64,000 bases of DNA. It comes from Heptranchias perlo (taxonomy: Eukaryota). Below are positions 51,501 through 62,846 of this stretch, piece after piece. How positions within the stretch are numbered: the first letter of the stretch is position 1; each line of letters begins with the position of its first letter. The position numbers were made by a program, and so were the translations under genes. The DNA is taken from the NCBI RefSeq assembly GCF_035084215.1, contig NC_090332.1, forward strand, positions 2,232,001 through 2,296,000, given 5' to 3'. The notes below the pieces were generated by a model. The model did not search any database, had not been told where the DNA came from, and saw only the letters and a list, made by a program, of their open reading frames with translations.

Positions 51501-52078
51501 CCAGCACCGTACAGTCACAGCGCTATCCTGGGATTCACAGAGGCTGTCTCCCTCCAGGCTTGTGCAGTATGAACAGGGAGGGTTTAATTCAACACTCAGT
51601 AGGTGAGCAGCTGGAGCACAGACTGAGCCACAGTGCACAGAAACAGCGAGATGAGAAACTGCAACAGGAGGAAACAAGGGGGACTGAATGGCCTCACGGT
51701 ATTAAGCATATAAAACATTGCTGCATTTAAATTGCACGTAAAAGTGCAATGAGATAGCCCTACAGCATATGAAGACATGACAGCCTCACAGTGTGCAATG
51801 TGTAATGCAACACAGAGGCACAGCCTTGCACCAGACATGACATGCAGCAGAGCAGGGCATGGGGACAGTTAACAAACTGGAACTTATTGAAGGTAAATCC
51901 AAATGAACAGAGTGCTTATTTACTGGAGAACAGCAGGCACAATCTGTAGCACAGCCAGAAGAGTATTAGTAAAAACAGGAGAGGGCAGGAAATGAAGCAA
52001 CACTGCAGGAAGCTACAGGATGAGGCTTCCAGGACAGTCCAAGCACTGCATTCCAGGCTCCTCATTCCCAACAGACAA

Positions 52079-53155
52079 GGACCAGCACAGTGCACGAGGA
52101 GCCTGGAATTCCCGGTCCAGCACAGTGCACGAGGAGCCTGGAATTCCCGGACCAGCACAGTGCACGAGGAGCCTGGAATTCCCGGACCAGCACAGTGCAC
52201 GAGGAGCCTGGAATTCCCGGACCAGCACAGTGCACGAGGAGCCTGGAATTCCCGGACCAGCACAGTGAATGAGAAGCCTGGAATTCCAGGACCAGCACAG
52301 TGCACGAGGAGCCTGGAATTCCAGGACCAGCACAGTGAATGAGGAGCCTGGAATTCCAGGACCAGCACAGTGCACGAGGAGCCTGGAATTCCAGGACCAG
52401 CACAGTGCACGAGGAGCCTGGAATTCGAGGACCAGCACAGTGCACGAGGAGCCTGGAATTCGAGGACCAGCACAGTGAATGAGGAGCCTGGAATTCCAGG
52501 ACCAGCACATTGCACGAGGAGCCTGGAATTCCCGGACCAGCACAGTGAATGAGGAGCCTGGAATTCCAGGACCAGCACAGTGAACGAGGAGCCTGGAATT
52601 CCAGGACCAGCACATTGCACGAGGAGCCTGGAATTCCCGGACCAGCACAGTGAATGAGGAGCCTGGAATTCCCGGACCAGCACAGTGAATGAGGAACCTG
52701 GAATTCCCGGACCAGCACAGTGCACGAGGAGCCTGGAATTCCAGGACCAGCACAGTGAATGAGAAGCCTGGAATTCCAGGACCAGCACAGTGAATGAGAA
52801 GCCTGGAATTCCAGGACCAGCACAGTGAATGAGAAGCCTGGAATTCCAGGACCAGCACAGTGGGAAAGTGAGAAGCCTGGAATTCCAGGACCAGCACAGT
52901 GGGAAAGTGAGAAGCCTGGAATTCCAGGACCAGCACAGTGGGGAAAGTGAGAAGCCTGGAATTCCAGGACCAGCACAGTGGGGAAAGTGAGAAGCCTGGA
53001 ATTCCAGGACCAGCACAGTGGGGAAAGTGAGAAGCCTGGAATTCCAGGACCAGCACAGTGGGGAAAGTGAGAAGCCTGGAATTCCCGGACCAGCACAGTG
53101 GGGAAAGTGAGAAGCCTGGAATTCCCGGACCAGCACAGTGGGGAAAGTGAGAAGC
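52079..53155. repeat. 35-40-bp minisatellite, ~30 copies, with GAATTC in each unit
   Basis: ggaccagcacagtgcacgaggagcctggaattccc and variants. Confidence 0.95.
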
Positions 53156-53492
53156 GTGCATTTCAGGGAAAAAAAAGTTACAAAGAACACAAAAGTAGAG
53201 AACACTGAGAGGGAGATTTTTGCAATCTACACAAGTTGCCTCCTCCTCTTCACACACAGTATGAATTACAAAGTGGAAAAGACATTCATGAAATCACATT
53301 TTAAACACATTGTTTGCACTATTGTGGACCCCACATCCTGTTTTAAACAGAGAGCTTCATGTGTTTTCCTGCAATCCTTCTGTTCTATTAAAATGCCTGT
53401 TGTTGTTCTTGGAGTTATTGTCTCCCTCTCGCCCACCCCCCTCTGGGGGTAACCAATAACTGTTTAACAATATGTGAAAGAGTTCTAGTGCA

Positions 53493-53860
53493 GGGTACAG
53501 CAGTGTAGTGGTTATGTTAATGGATTAGTAATCCAGAGAATGTGAGTTCCAATCTCACCATGGCAGTTTGAGAATTTGAATTCGGTATAAAAAAAAAATC
53601 TGGTCTCAGTAAAAGTGACCATGAAGCTGTCTGATTGTCATAAAAACACAACTGGTTCACTGATGAAACCTGCCGTCCTTACCCGGTCTGGGCCTACATG
53701 TGACTCCAGTCCCACACCAACATGGTTGACTCTTAACTGCCCTCTGAAGTGGCCTTGCAAGTTACTCAATTGTTCAAGGAGAAGGCTCACCACCATCTTC
53801 TTAGGCCAACTGGGGATAAATGCAACCTTGCCAGGGATGCCCAAGTCTTGAGAATTTTTT
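53493..53860 (+). mobile_element. tRNA-derived SINE with a 3' tail from the second LINE family
   Basis: A-box-like gtgtagtggtt, B-box-like gagttccaatctc, core cctgccgtccttacccggtctggg, tail aaggctcaccaccatcttctt...gggataaatgc. Confidence 0.65.
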
Positions 53861-54979
53861 TTAAAGAAAATAAAACTTAGTGTTTAGCAATCCATCAAAA
53901 CAGATTAGTAATCTAAAGTGTGTTAAGACTGGGATCTGGATAAGTTGGGATGGTGGATTTATGAGTGGACCAATGCAAGGTAATGAGACTTGGGAAGGAA
54001 ATAAACAGGGAGAATATAAACTGAGCAGCTTTAGGCTACATGGCACAATGTAGAGAATGATCTGAGGTATCGATAGGCAGCTCACCAAAACCAACAATGG
54101 CAAGGAAAACTAACCGGAACTTGGGTTAGAGTGCAAATTCCAGGAGGTGATAAGTGTCTGGATGGATGTTTTTTTCTACATTAAGGTGCTATATAATGCA
54201 AGTTATTGTCGTACAAGGCACTGGTACAGCCATACCTGGAGTACTGGGTACAATTCTGGTCACCGTATTACAGCGAGGATACCCAGCCATTAGAGTGAGT
54301 GCAGTAAAGGACAACCAAAGTGATACCCGGCTTAAGGCATCGGAGCTATGAAGAGATTGAAGAGCCTGGGATTGTTTACTTTGGAGAAGGTTCTAGGATG
54401 GGGTGGGGTGGAGGGGAGAATATTAGTTAAGGAAAGAGTTAAGTTAAACCCCAATACACGTTCAAGATCACCACAAACTCTAGAACCAGGGGACACGGTC
54501 TCAAACGTAGGAGACGGAAGGTGCACAAACAGTTTAAGTTTAACACCTTCACGCAGAGGGTGGTGAATGGGATATCCGGGGAGAAGGAGAGAGAGTGGAA
54601 TTGGGTAGATATTTGAGGGAGTGGACGATTTGCAGGTTTTAGTTATTGAGTCTGGCTGGACGGACTGCAGCATCCCCATGTTCTAATGATCATTGCAATG
54701 AAATAACGACCAAGGCCAGAAATATACTTTGGAAGAGCAAACTTTGGGCTGCAGAAGAGGACAATAAACGGAGATTATATTGAGGTAGCAATAGAAAGTG
54801 AAGCAGAAATTAAGGAAGGTTTTTTTTTCTTAAAGGTCACTTTAACTATATCCCTTTGAGGAAACTAGCAAGACCAAGACAGCCATGGCTGAACATACAG
54901 GTGAAATATAACTTAAAAGGCTAACAAATATTTTAACAGATATAAAGAGAATGGTAGTCAGGAGTGGAAAAGATAGAAA

Positions 54980-55325
54980 GAATGAATTTGCATTTATATA
55001 GCACCTTTCCAGCCCTCTGGATGTCTCAAAGCACTTTAAAGCCAATGAATTACTCTATGTCTAACGTAGGAAATACAGCAGCCAATTTGCTCACAGCAAG
55101 GTCCCACAAACAGTAACGAGATAAATGATCAATCAATCTGCTTTCTGTGATGTTGTTTGAGGGATAAATATTGGCCAGGACAACGTGGAGAACTCTCCTG
55201 CTCTTCTTCAAAATAGTGACATGGGATCTTTTACACTCACCTGAGAGGGCAGGTGGGGCCTCGGTTTAACATCTCATCTGAAAGACGGCACCTCTGACAG
55301 TGCAGCACTCCCTCAGTACTACACA
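54980..55325 (-). mobile_element. Deu-core SINE
   Basis: Reverse complement of the core and tail at 6833-7290. Confidence 0.75.
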
Positions 55326-56704
55326 GAAGTGGATTATGTCACTAAGAGTGAGGAGAGGGGTTAGGAAAACACTTCTTCATGCACAGCTGTTGGAACGTGC
55401 AATGCTTTGCCGCAGGAAGTCCTTTAGGTGGAGATCACTGCATCTTTTAGGGGAACAGTAGATAAATGTGTGAAGCAGAGGAAGCTACAAGGCTTTAGGG
55501 AGAGAGCAGAACGGTAAGATTAGTTTTGGATTGGTCTAGCACAGGCTGGCCTCCTACTGTGCAATAAAAACTTTTATGGATTAGATTCCCACAGTAAGGA
55601 AAGATGAAGATAATCTAATACTTACGGAATGAAGCACTGTGGCTCTCTGGGACAATGGGAACTTCACTTCAGAAAATGAAATGTTCAGGACCGAGTGATA
55701 GGTTAATGTTGGACCTCTATCCTGGAGCTAGGCAGGGTAATCTTGGGGAGGGAGAATTTCCTCCCCTAATTTCTTCAGAGTTTGACGAGCTTATTCCCCT
55801 CCCTTGGGACATTAAATAAGTTGGGTAGAGTCCACAACAGTGCAAATCATGCATGGCCCATTGTAACTGGATGGTTCAAATGGACTTTTCCCAGTGGATT
55901 GACAAAATGGTAAGGCATCACATGCTAAACCTGCATGCTAGTTATAAAATGGAAATTCACCAGTTAGCACAAATCACATCTTTCGAGTTGCAGAATCCCT
56001 GATTGTAAAGCAAGTCAGGTTTGAATTTCGCTGCGATATGCAGGTTTAACATTAAAACTCTTACACACACAGCATTAGGGCCACACTGTATAGTGCAAAA
56101 CAAGCTCATTTAAAAAATGGCACTGGTTTCTCTGAAGGGCTGCGCTCAGCAAGGTCGAGCGCTGGAACCCAGTTGGCTCTGGTGTCTTCTAATAGGAAAG
56201 AGAACGAGTCCTTGTTGTGTACAGGGTAGAATGAAGTCCTTTTCTCCCACTCCAGCTCGGCCTATGTTTACACTAGGTATATCCTTTAAACCAAAAAAAG
56301 TCTTCAGTGGTACAGACAGTCGCACGGGGGGAACCTGGGAACGAGAACAGGGTTTAATAGTCAGCTCGGTTTCAACATAAGGGATTGGGAAGAGTCTCAA
56401 TACAGGAAATTGGAATATGGATTGTGTATGGACAGCACTGAGAGGGTTAATTTTTACTCAAAGTCCCTCACAGAACATCCACGATATATAAAATTTGTTT
56501 CCTTGTATACAATAGACAGAAGCAGGAATCAAACAGCGAGAACCCAAGAATCATGGAACGAGAAAACTGCTAATCAAACCTATTCTGTCCACAGACCTTG
56601 ACAATGGACTCGATCCCACCCATTTAATCTCACCACAGACACTCCAGGACGCCCAAAGGTAAATCCAGCAACTAATCTACTTAGCTTTACAACCAGTCTG
56701 ACAC

Positions 56705-57352
56705 TTTAAGAAATTACTGCATTCAATTCTGGGCAACGCACCTCAGGAGGGATATATTGGCCTTGGAGGGGGTGCAGCACAGATTCACCAGAATGATACC
56801 GGGGATAAAAGGGTTTAATTATGAGGCAGGTTGGATAGACTCGGTTTGTATTCCCTTGAGTAGAGAAGGTTGTGGTGTTTAAAATGATAAAGGGAATCGA
56901 TAGGGTAGATAGAGAGAAACCATTTCCTCTATTGGGAGAGTCCAGAACAAGGGGGCATAACCTTAAAATTAGAGCTCGGCCGTTTAGGAGTGAAATCAGG
57001 AAGCACTTCTTCACACAAAGAGTAGTAGAAATCTGGAACTCTCTCCCCCAAAAGGCTGCGGATACTGGAGGTCATTTGGAGCTTTCAAAACTGAGATCGT
57101 TAAGATTTTTGTTAGGCGAGGGTATGGAAGAATATGGAGCAAAGGCGGATAAATGGGGTTGAGGTGCAGATCAGCCATGATCTGATTGAATGGCGGAGCA
57201 GGGTCTGAATGGCCACCTCCTGTTGCTATGTAACAGGGTCGAGGGGCTGAATGGCCACCTCCTGTTGCTATGTAACAGGGTCGAGGGGCTGAATGGCCTC
57301 CTCCCGTTGCTATGTAACAGGGTCGAGGGGCTGAATGGCCTCCTCCTGTTGC
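56705..57352 (+). mobile_element. CR1 3' fragment ending in a ~43-bp triplicated tail
   Basis: FFTQRVVEIWNSLPQ; (aacagggtcgaggggctgaatggcc..cctgttgctatgt)x3. Confidence 0.85.
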
Positions 57353-57424
57353 TATGAGCAGCCCGTGTTACTGAACAGGTGACTGGGAGGACATGGAATA
57401 CTCACTCCAGATACCCACACGTAC

Positions 57425-57529
57425 CTTTTCCCCCTCGCTACCAACTCCAATAAACCGAAACAGCTAAAATCACAGAACAGACAATGGTCCCGGCTGCACC
57501 AGCTGCGATATGCCAAGGCGATCCTGGAA
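57425..57529 (-). CDS. B7/butyrophilin-like gene, transmembrane exon (in-frame TAG at 57438-57440)
   Basis: Long pyrimidine tract cccccag|(I)PGSPWHIAAGAAGTIVCSVILAVSVYWSW*RGGK|gtacgt; 105 bp, phase 1-1. Confidence 0.7.
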
Positions 57530-58487
57530 CTGGGGGGAGGGGGGTAGAAAAGAGAGTGAGAAAACAAAAGCATTCTTATGTTAATTTGCCATTAAACACA
57601 GAAGTTCTTGTGCAGCCGTGGGCAGTGCAGCGGTTAAATCGTTAGTGACCAATAGGTATTCAAATCAATACAAAGTCATTCCCGCCGTGACCAAGACTCC
57701 GTTTCCATGCTGGTTGGGATGAGGTACTTCAGTCTGTGGCCTGGTCACCAGGGGGCACTCCTGGCCGTAGCAGAGAGCCTCACCAGACATGGTCAAATCT
57801 CACCTCGGTACAAGTGTCCCCGGGGCTGATCGGCAAGCCTGATTAGCGGGCGGAGGGAGTGACAAGAGAATTGGCGCTTTTCATCGCTCGGATCCAAACT
57901 GTGCCCCAGAAGTGTCTGCCCACTAACAGCCACACTAAAAAAAAATGAGTTTAAAACGCTGAACATCTTCTTCAATCCAAGCGGTTTTTTGGAGTGAACA
58001 TTCCTCTTTCTGGAAAGAGGCGCAGTCTTTGAACAAAGAAAAGTATTTGGCACGTACAGACGACAGGCTGCCAAACGCAACAGGATGTAAACAGTGTACA
58101 AAAAATGTCACTGCGTCATTTACAAGCTGCCTCATTGCAACAAAGATGATTTATTTATTTATTTTTAAGACACACCCACAGCCCCCCGGGCTGAATTCCC
58201 ACTGGGATTTTCCCACGGTGCAGCTGTAACCTTGGCGGACACTCCCCTCTACGCACAGTGAGCTGAGAATTCATCCCCCTCCCACTCCCCGCTTACAGGC
58301 AGCATCTCAAAACTGTCATTCTCTCGACCTCACTCAACCTCTACCTCTTCGAACAAGCTACAGCTTTTATTATTTTAATTTATCGATTAATTTATATTAT
58401 TTTCATTATTCATTTATTTTTATATTATTTTAAAGCTTCATCCAAAACTCTGCTGCCCGTATCCTAACTCGCACCGAGTCCCATCTT

Positions 58488-60005
58488 GCGGGTCCCCTAG
58501 CAGAGATATTTGAATCATCGACAGCTACAGGTGAGGTGCCTGAAGAATGGAGGGTAGCAAATGTTATGCCTTTGTTTAAGAAGGGCGGCAGGGAAAAGCC
58601 TGGGAACTACAGACCGGTGAGCCTGATATCTGTAGTGGGTAAGTTGTTAGAGGGTATTCTGAGAGACAGGATCTACCGGCATTTGGAGAGGCAGGGACTG
58701 ATTAGGAACAGTCAGCATGGTTTTGTGAGAGGAAAATCATGTCTCACGAATTTGATTGAGTTTTTTGAAGGGGTAACCAAGAAGATAGATGAGGGCTGTG
58801 CAGTAGACGTGGTTTACATGGACTTCAGCAAAGCCTTTGACAAGGTACTGCATGGTAGGTTGTTACATAAGGTTAAATCTCATGGGATCCAAGGTGAGGT
58901 AGCCAATTGGATACAAAATTGGCTTGACGACAGAAGACAGAGGGTGGTTGTAGAGGGTTGTTTTTCAAACTGGAGGCCTGTGTCCAGCGGTGTGCCTCAG
59001 GGATCGGTGCTGGGTCCGCTGTTATTTGTTATTTATATTAATGATTTGGATGAGAATTTAGGAGGCATGGTTAGTAAGTTTGCAGATGACACCAAGATTG
59101 GTGGCATTGTGGACAGTGAAGAAGGTTATCTAGGATTGCAACGGGATCTTGATAAATTGGGCCAGTGGGCCGATGAATGGCAGATGGAGTTTAATTTAGA
59201 TAAATGTGAGGTGATGCATTTTGGGAGATCCAATTGGGCCAGGACCTACTCCCTTAATGGTAGGGCGTTGGGGAGAGTTATAGAACAAAGAGATCTAGGA
59301 GTACAGGTTCATAGCTCCTTGAAAGTGGAGTCACAGGTGGATAGGGTGGTGAAGAAGGCATTCGGCATGCTTGGTTTCATTGGTCAGAACATTGAATACA
59401 GGAGTTGGGATGTCTTGTTGAAGTTGTACATGACATTAGTTAGGCCACACTTGGAATACTGTGTACAGTTCTGGTCACTCTATTATAGAAAGGATATTAT
59501 TAAACTAGAAAGAGTGCAGAAAAGATTTACTAGGATGCTACCGGGACTTGATGGTTTGACTTACAGGGAGAGGTTAGACAGACTGGGACTTTTTTCCCTG
59601 GAGAGTAGGAGGTTAAGGGGTGATCTTATAGAAGTCTATAAAATAATGAGGGGCATAGATAAGGTCGATAGTCAAAATCTTTTCCCAAAGGTCGGGGAGT
59701 CTATAACGAGGGGACATAGATTTAAGGTGAGAGGGGAGAGATACAAAAGGGTCCAGAGGGGCAATTTTTTCACTCAAAGGGTGGTGAGTGTCTGGAACGA
59801 GCTGCCAGAGGCTGTAGTAGAGGCGGGTACAATTTTGTCTTTTAAAAAGCATTTGGACAGTTACATGGGTAAGATGGGTACAGAGGGATATGGGCCGAGT
59901 GCAGGCAATTGGGACTAGCTTAGTGGTATAAACTGGGCGACATGGACATGTTGGGCCGAAGGGCCTGTTTCCATGTTGTAACTTCTATGATTCTATGATT
60001 CTATG
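58488..60005 (+). mobile_element. young 5'-truncated CR1 (460-aa RT ORF at 58536-59918) inserted in an L2-like fragment
   Basis: Near-identical to the reverse complement of 20637-22155; (ATTCTATG)n tail; L2-like flanks IQNSAARIL... / ITPVLADLHW. Confidence 0.93.
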
Positions 60006-60984
60006 ATCACCCCTGTGCTCGCTGACCTACATTGGTTCCTGGTCCGGGAACGCCTCAATTTAAAAATTCTCATCCACGTTTTCAAATCCCTCCATGGCCT
60101 CGCCTCTCCCTATCTCTGTAACCTCCTCCAGCCCTACAACCCTCCGAGATCCTGCTCTCCTCCGACTCTGACCTCTTGTGCATCTTCCACTTCCTTCACT
60201 CCACCATTGGCGGCCTTGCCTTCAGCTGCTAAGGCTCTAAGCTCTCCCCCCTGTTCTCCCTCTGACCCCCATCCCCTTCCCCCCTGCACCCTCCCCCGTT
60301 TCCCCTCTGCACGCCCCCCCCACTTCCCCCTCTGCTTGGATCTTCTCCAAAACAGTAAAGTTGGGATTGGTGGGATTCAGTCAGAGATTACAGGAAAAAA
60401 GATACACGTTCCAACAATGCCCCCTCCCCCCTGCAAAAAAAACACACTCCTTACTGTCATCTATGCCCAGTGACTACACTGTAGGAAAAGGAGGCCATTC
60501 AGCCCGTTGAGCCTGCTCTGCCATTCAAATAGATCATGTTTGATCTGTATCGTTACTCCATACCCCTCGATACCCTTTGTCCTTCTCACATCTAAAGTGG
60601 ATGATCTCACACTTCCCCACATTGAACTCCATCTGCCATAGTTTTGCCCACTCACTGAATTTGTTTATGTCCCTTTGCAACTTCTTGCTCCCATCTATAC
60701 AACTTACTGTGCCTCCGAACTTAGTGTCATCAGCAAACTTAGTCATACAACTCTCCATTCCTTCTGGGCTTTTGTACCTTGAACCATTAGCAGGAGGCTC
60801 TTCCAACACCCTAGGGATCATAACATGTGAATCAACAACAGTCACCAGACTCTGCTTTGATGCAACCTTCACTAAAAGGGATTACAGTCGCTGAAGGAAA
60901 CTGCACAGAAGGCAGACACGACCTAAACCAACAAGTTATATCATTTCAGACGCAGTTAATGTTGGACTTTGTTTCCATACTCAC

Positions 60985-61269
60985 TCAGAACAACAAAGAC
61001 AAATGAAACTGCTTCATTCAAGTATCGGTCCATCACAGTGCAGGTGTAATTGCTGATAGGTCCATGGTCCAGCCCGAGAGTGCTCCTCACTCCAACAATC
61101 CCGTCCGTACCGTTGGTTTGCTCCGTGTGTGCATATTCCGTCAGGTTCACACCCAGCCCGTTTTCCCAGGTCACGGTCGGTTCTGGGTACCATCCGAATG
61201 ACTCGCAGACCAGCACCGGGAGGCCCTGCTCCGTGACGTGTGAGTGGATAACTGGCTGCTCTCCGACAG
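60985..61269 (-). CDS. B7/butyrophilin-like gene, IgC (C1/C2-set) exon
   Basis: ttgcag|(A)VGEQPVI...LVCESFGWYPEPTVTW...VRSTL...NYTCTV...VVL|gtgagt; 285 bp, phase 1-1. Confidence 0.9.
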
Positions 61270-61579
61270 CTGCAAGGGAAGAATGAACATCTGTAACTGA
61301 GCCAGCATCAACCGAGAAACCCCCCACCTCCAGCGACCCCTTTAACACGGGCCCCGCCCACCCCTTCCACACGGGCCCCGCCCCCCCTTCGACACGGGCC
61401 CCGCCCACCCCGCCACCCCTTTAACATGGGGAAGGTAAAGTTCAGTACTGGTTAAGTACAGACCAGGTAAAGTTCAGTACTGGTTAATGCTGCTGGTTAT
61501 TGGACTGATAACGAGTTTCCAGGAACCACAAGAGTTTATCGATCACAATAGGAAGGACAGGTTATGTGCTGGACTCTAC

Positions 61580-61927
61580 CTCTTACTCCTAATACAACCG
61601 TGGTCTCGTTACTTTGTGATCGGCTGGTGACACAGAGTCTGTAGATTCCCGAATCAGACAGAGTCACGTTCCTCAGTCTCAGGGACACGTTCCCTTCAGG
61701 GATCTCACTGTCAAAGACCTCGGCTCTGTTTCGGTAGCTGGGACCCTGCTCTCCCAGGCCGCTCTGGCTCGTTGTGTAATTGTAGACTATCCCCATTGTA
61801 TCCACCTTCGTCCAGCTGAACGTGATGGTGCTGGGTTCACCTTGGGAATCGAAACGGCAATGGACGACCAGATCATCTCCAACCTTCGCTGTGACTTGGC
61901 CCTTCGCACATTTCACCTTAATAAGAC
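61580..61927 (-). CDS. B7/butyrophilin-like gene (CD276/VTCN1/HHLA2/BTN type), IgV exon
   Basis: gttacag|..VTAKVGDDLVVHCRF...FSWTK...Q.PSYRNRAEVF...I.EGNVSLRL.NVTLSDSGIY...VR|gtagag; 348 bp, phase 1-1. Confidence 0.9.
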
Positions 61928-62017
61928 CTGTAACAAATATTACAGAGTGGATCACCGCATTTACACAAGTCACTTCTCAGTTCTGATCAGCACCCCTGAC
62001 ATTAACAAGTGTGAGGG

Positions 62018-62610
62018 AGTTGGATTAACATCAGGAGAGGTACAGTCAGTAACACAGGGCGCTGGGGGAGAGGGGTTACTGAGTGACAGTGTGAGGGAGA
62101 GGGATTAACATCAGTGGAGATACAGTCAGTAACACAGGGAGCTGGGGGGAGAGGGGTTACTGAGTGACAGTGTGAGGGAGATGGATTAACATCAGTAGAG
62201 ATACAGTCAGTAACACAGGGCGCTGGGGGGAGAGGGGTTACTGAGTGACAGTGTGAGGGAGAGGGATTAACATCAGTAGAGATACAGTCAGTAACACAGG
62301 GCGCTGGGGGGAGAGGGGTTACTGAGAGACAGTGTGAGGGAGCTGGATTAACATCAGTAGAGATACAGTCAGTAACACAGGGCGCTGGGGGAGAGGGGTT
62401 ACTGAGAGACAGTGTGAGGGAGCTGGATTAACATCAGTAGAGATACAGTCAGTAACACAGGGCGCTGGGGGGAGAGGGGTTACTGAGAGACAGTGTGAGG
62501 GAGAGGGATTAACATCAGTAGAGATACAGTCAGTAACACAGGGCGCTGGGGGGAGAGGGGTTACTGAGTGACAGTGTGAGGGAGCTGGATTAACATCAGT
62601 AGAGATACAA
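62018..62610. repeat. ~81-bp minisatellite, ~7 copies
   Basis: ggattaacatcagtagagatacagtcagtaacacagggcgctggggggagaggggttactgagtgacagtgtgaggga. Confidence 0.95.
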
Positions 62611-62846
62611 TGTTCTGAACAAAGGTGCAGAGCTACTAAACCCACATATCCCTCTCACACACACACTGCCTGCTCTCCTGCCCACCCTCCAACTCTCTCA
62701 AAGTATGCTCATCCTTTACGGGACACAGAGAATTCGATGAGAACCAACAAACTCACACATACGCCAAGAGCATCTCAGTAGGAGTACCAATCTTTCAATT
62801 GGGTTTAAAAACATAATCTGCTTGGATGCACATCACTCAAAAATCA

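Noticed and set aside
51916-53257. 344-429-aa ORFs, and a CRISPR-like appearance from palindromic repeats
   Set aside because: Tandem minisatellite without unique spacers; eukaryotic context with no cas genes
62715-62820. Possible signal-peptide exon of the B7-like gene (VCVSLLVLIEFSVS)
   Set aside because: No in-frame ATG (TGA directly upstream) and a weak donor; the leader may lie outside the window
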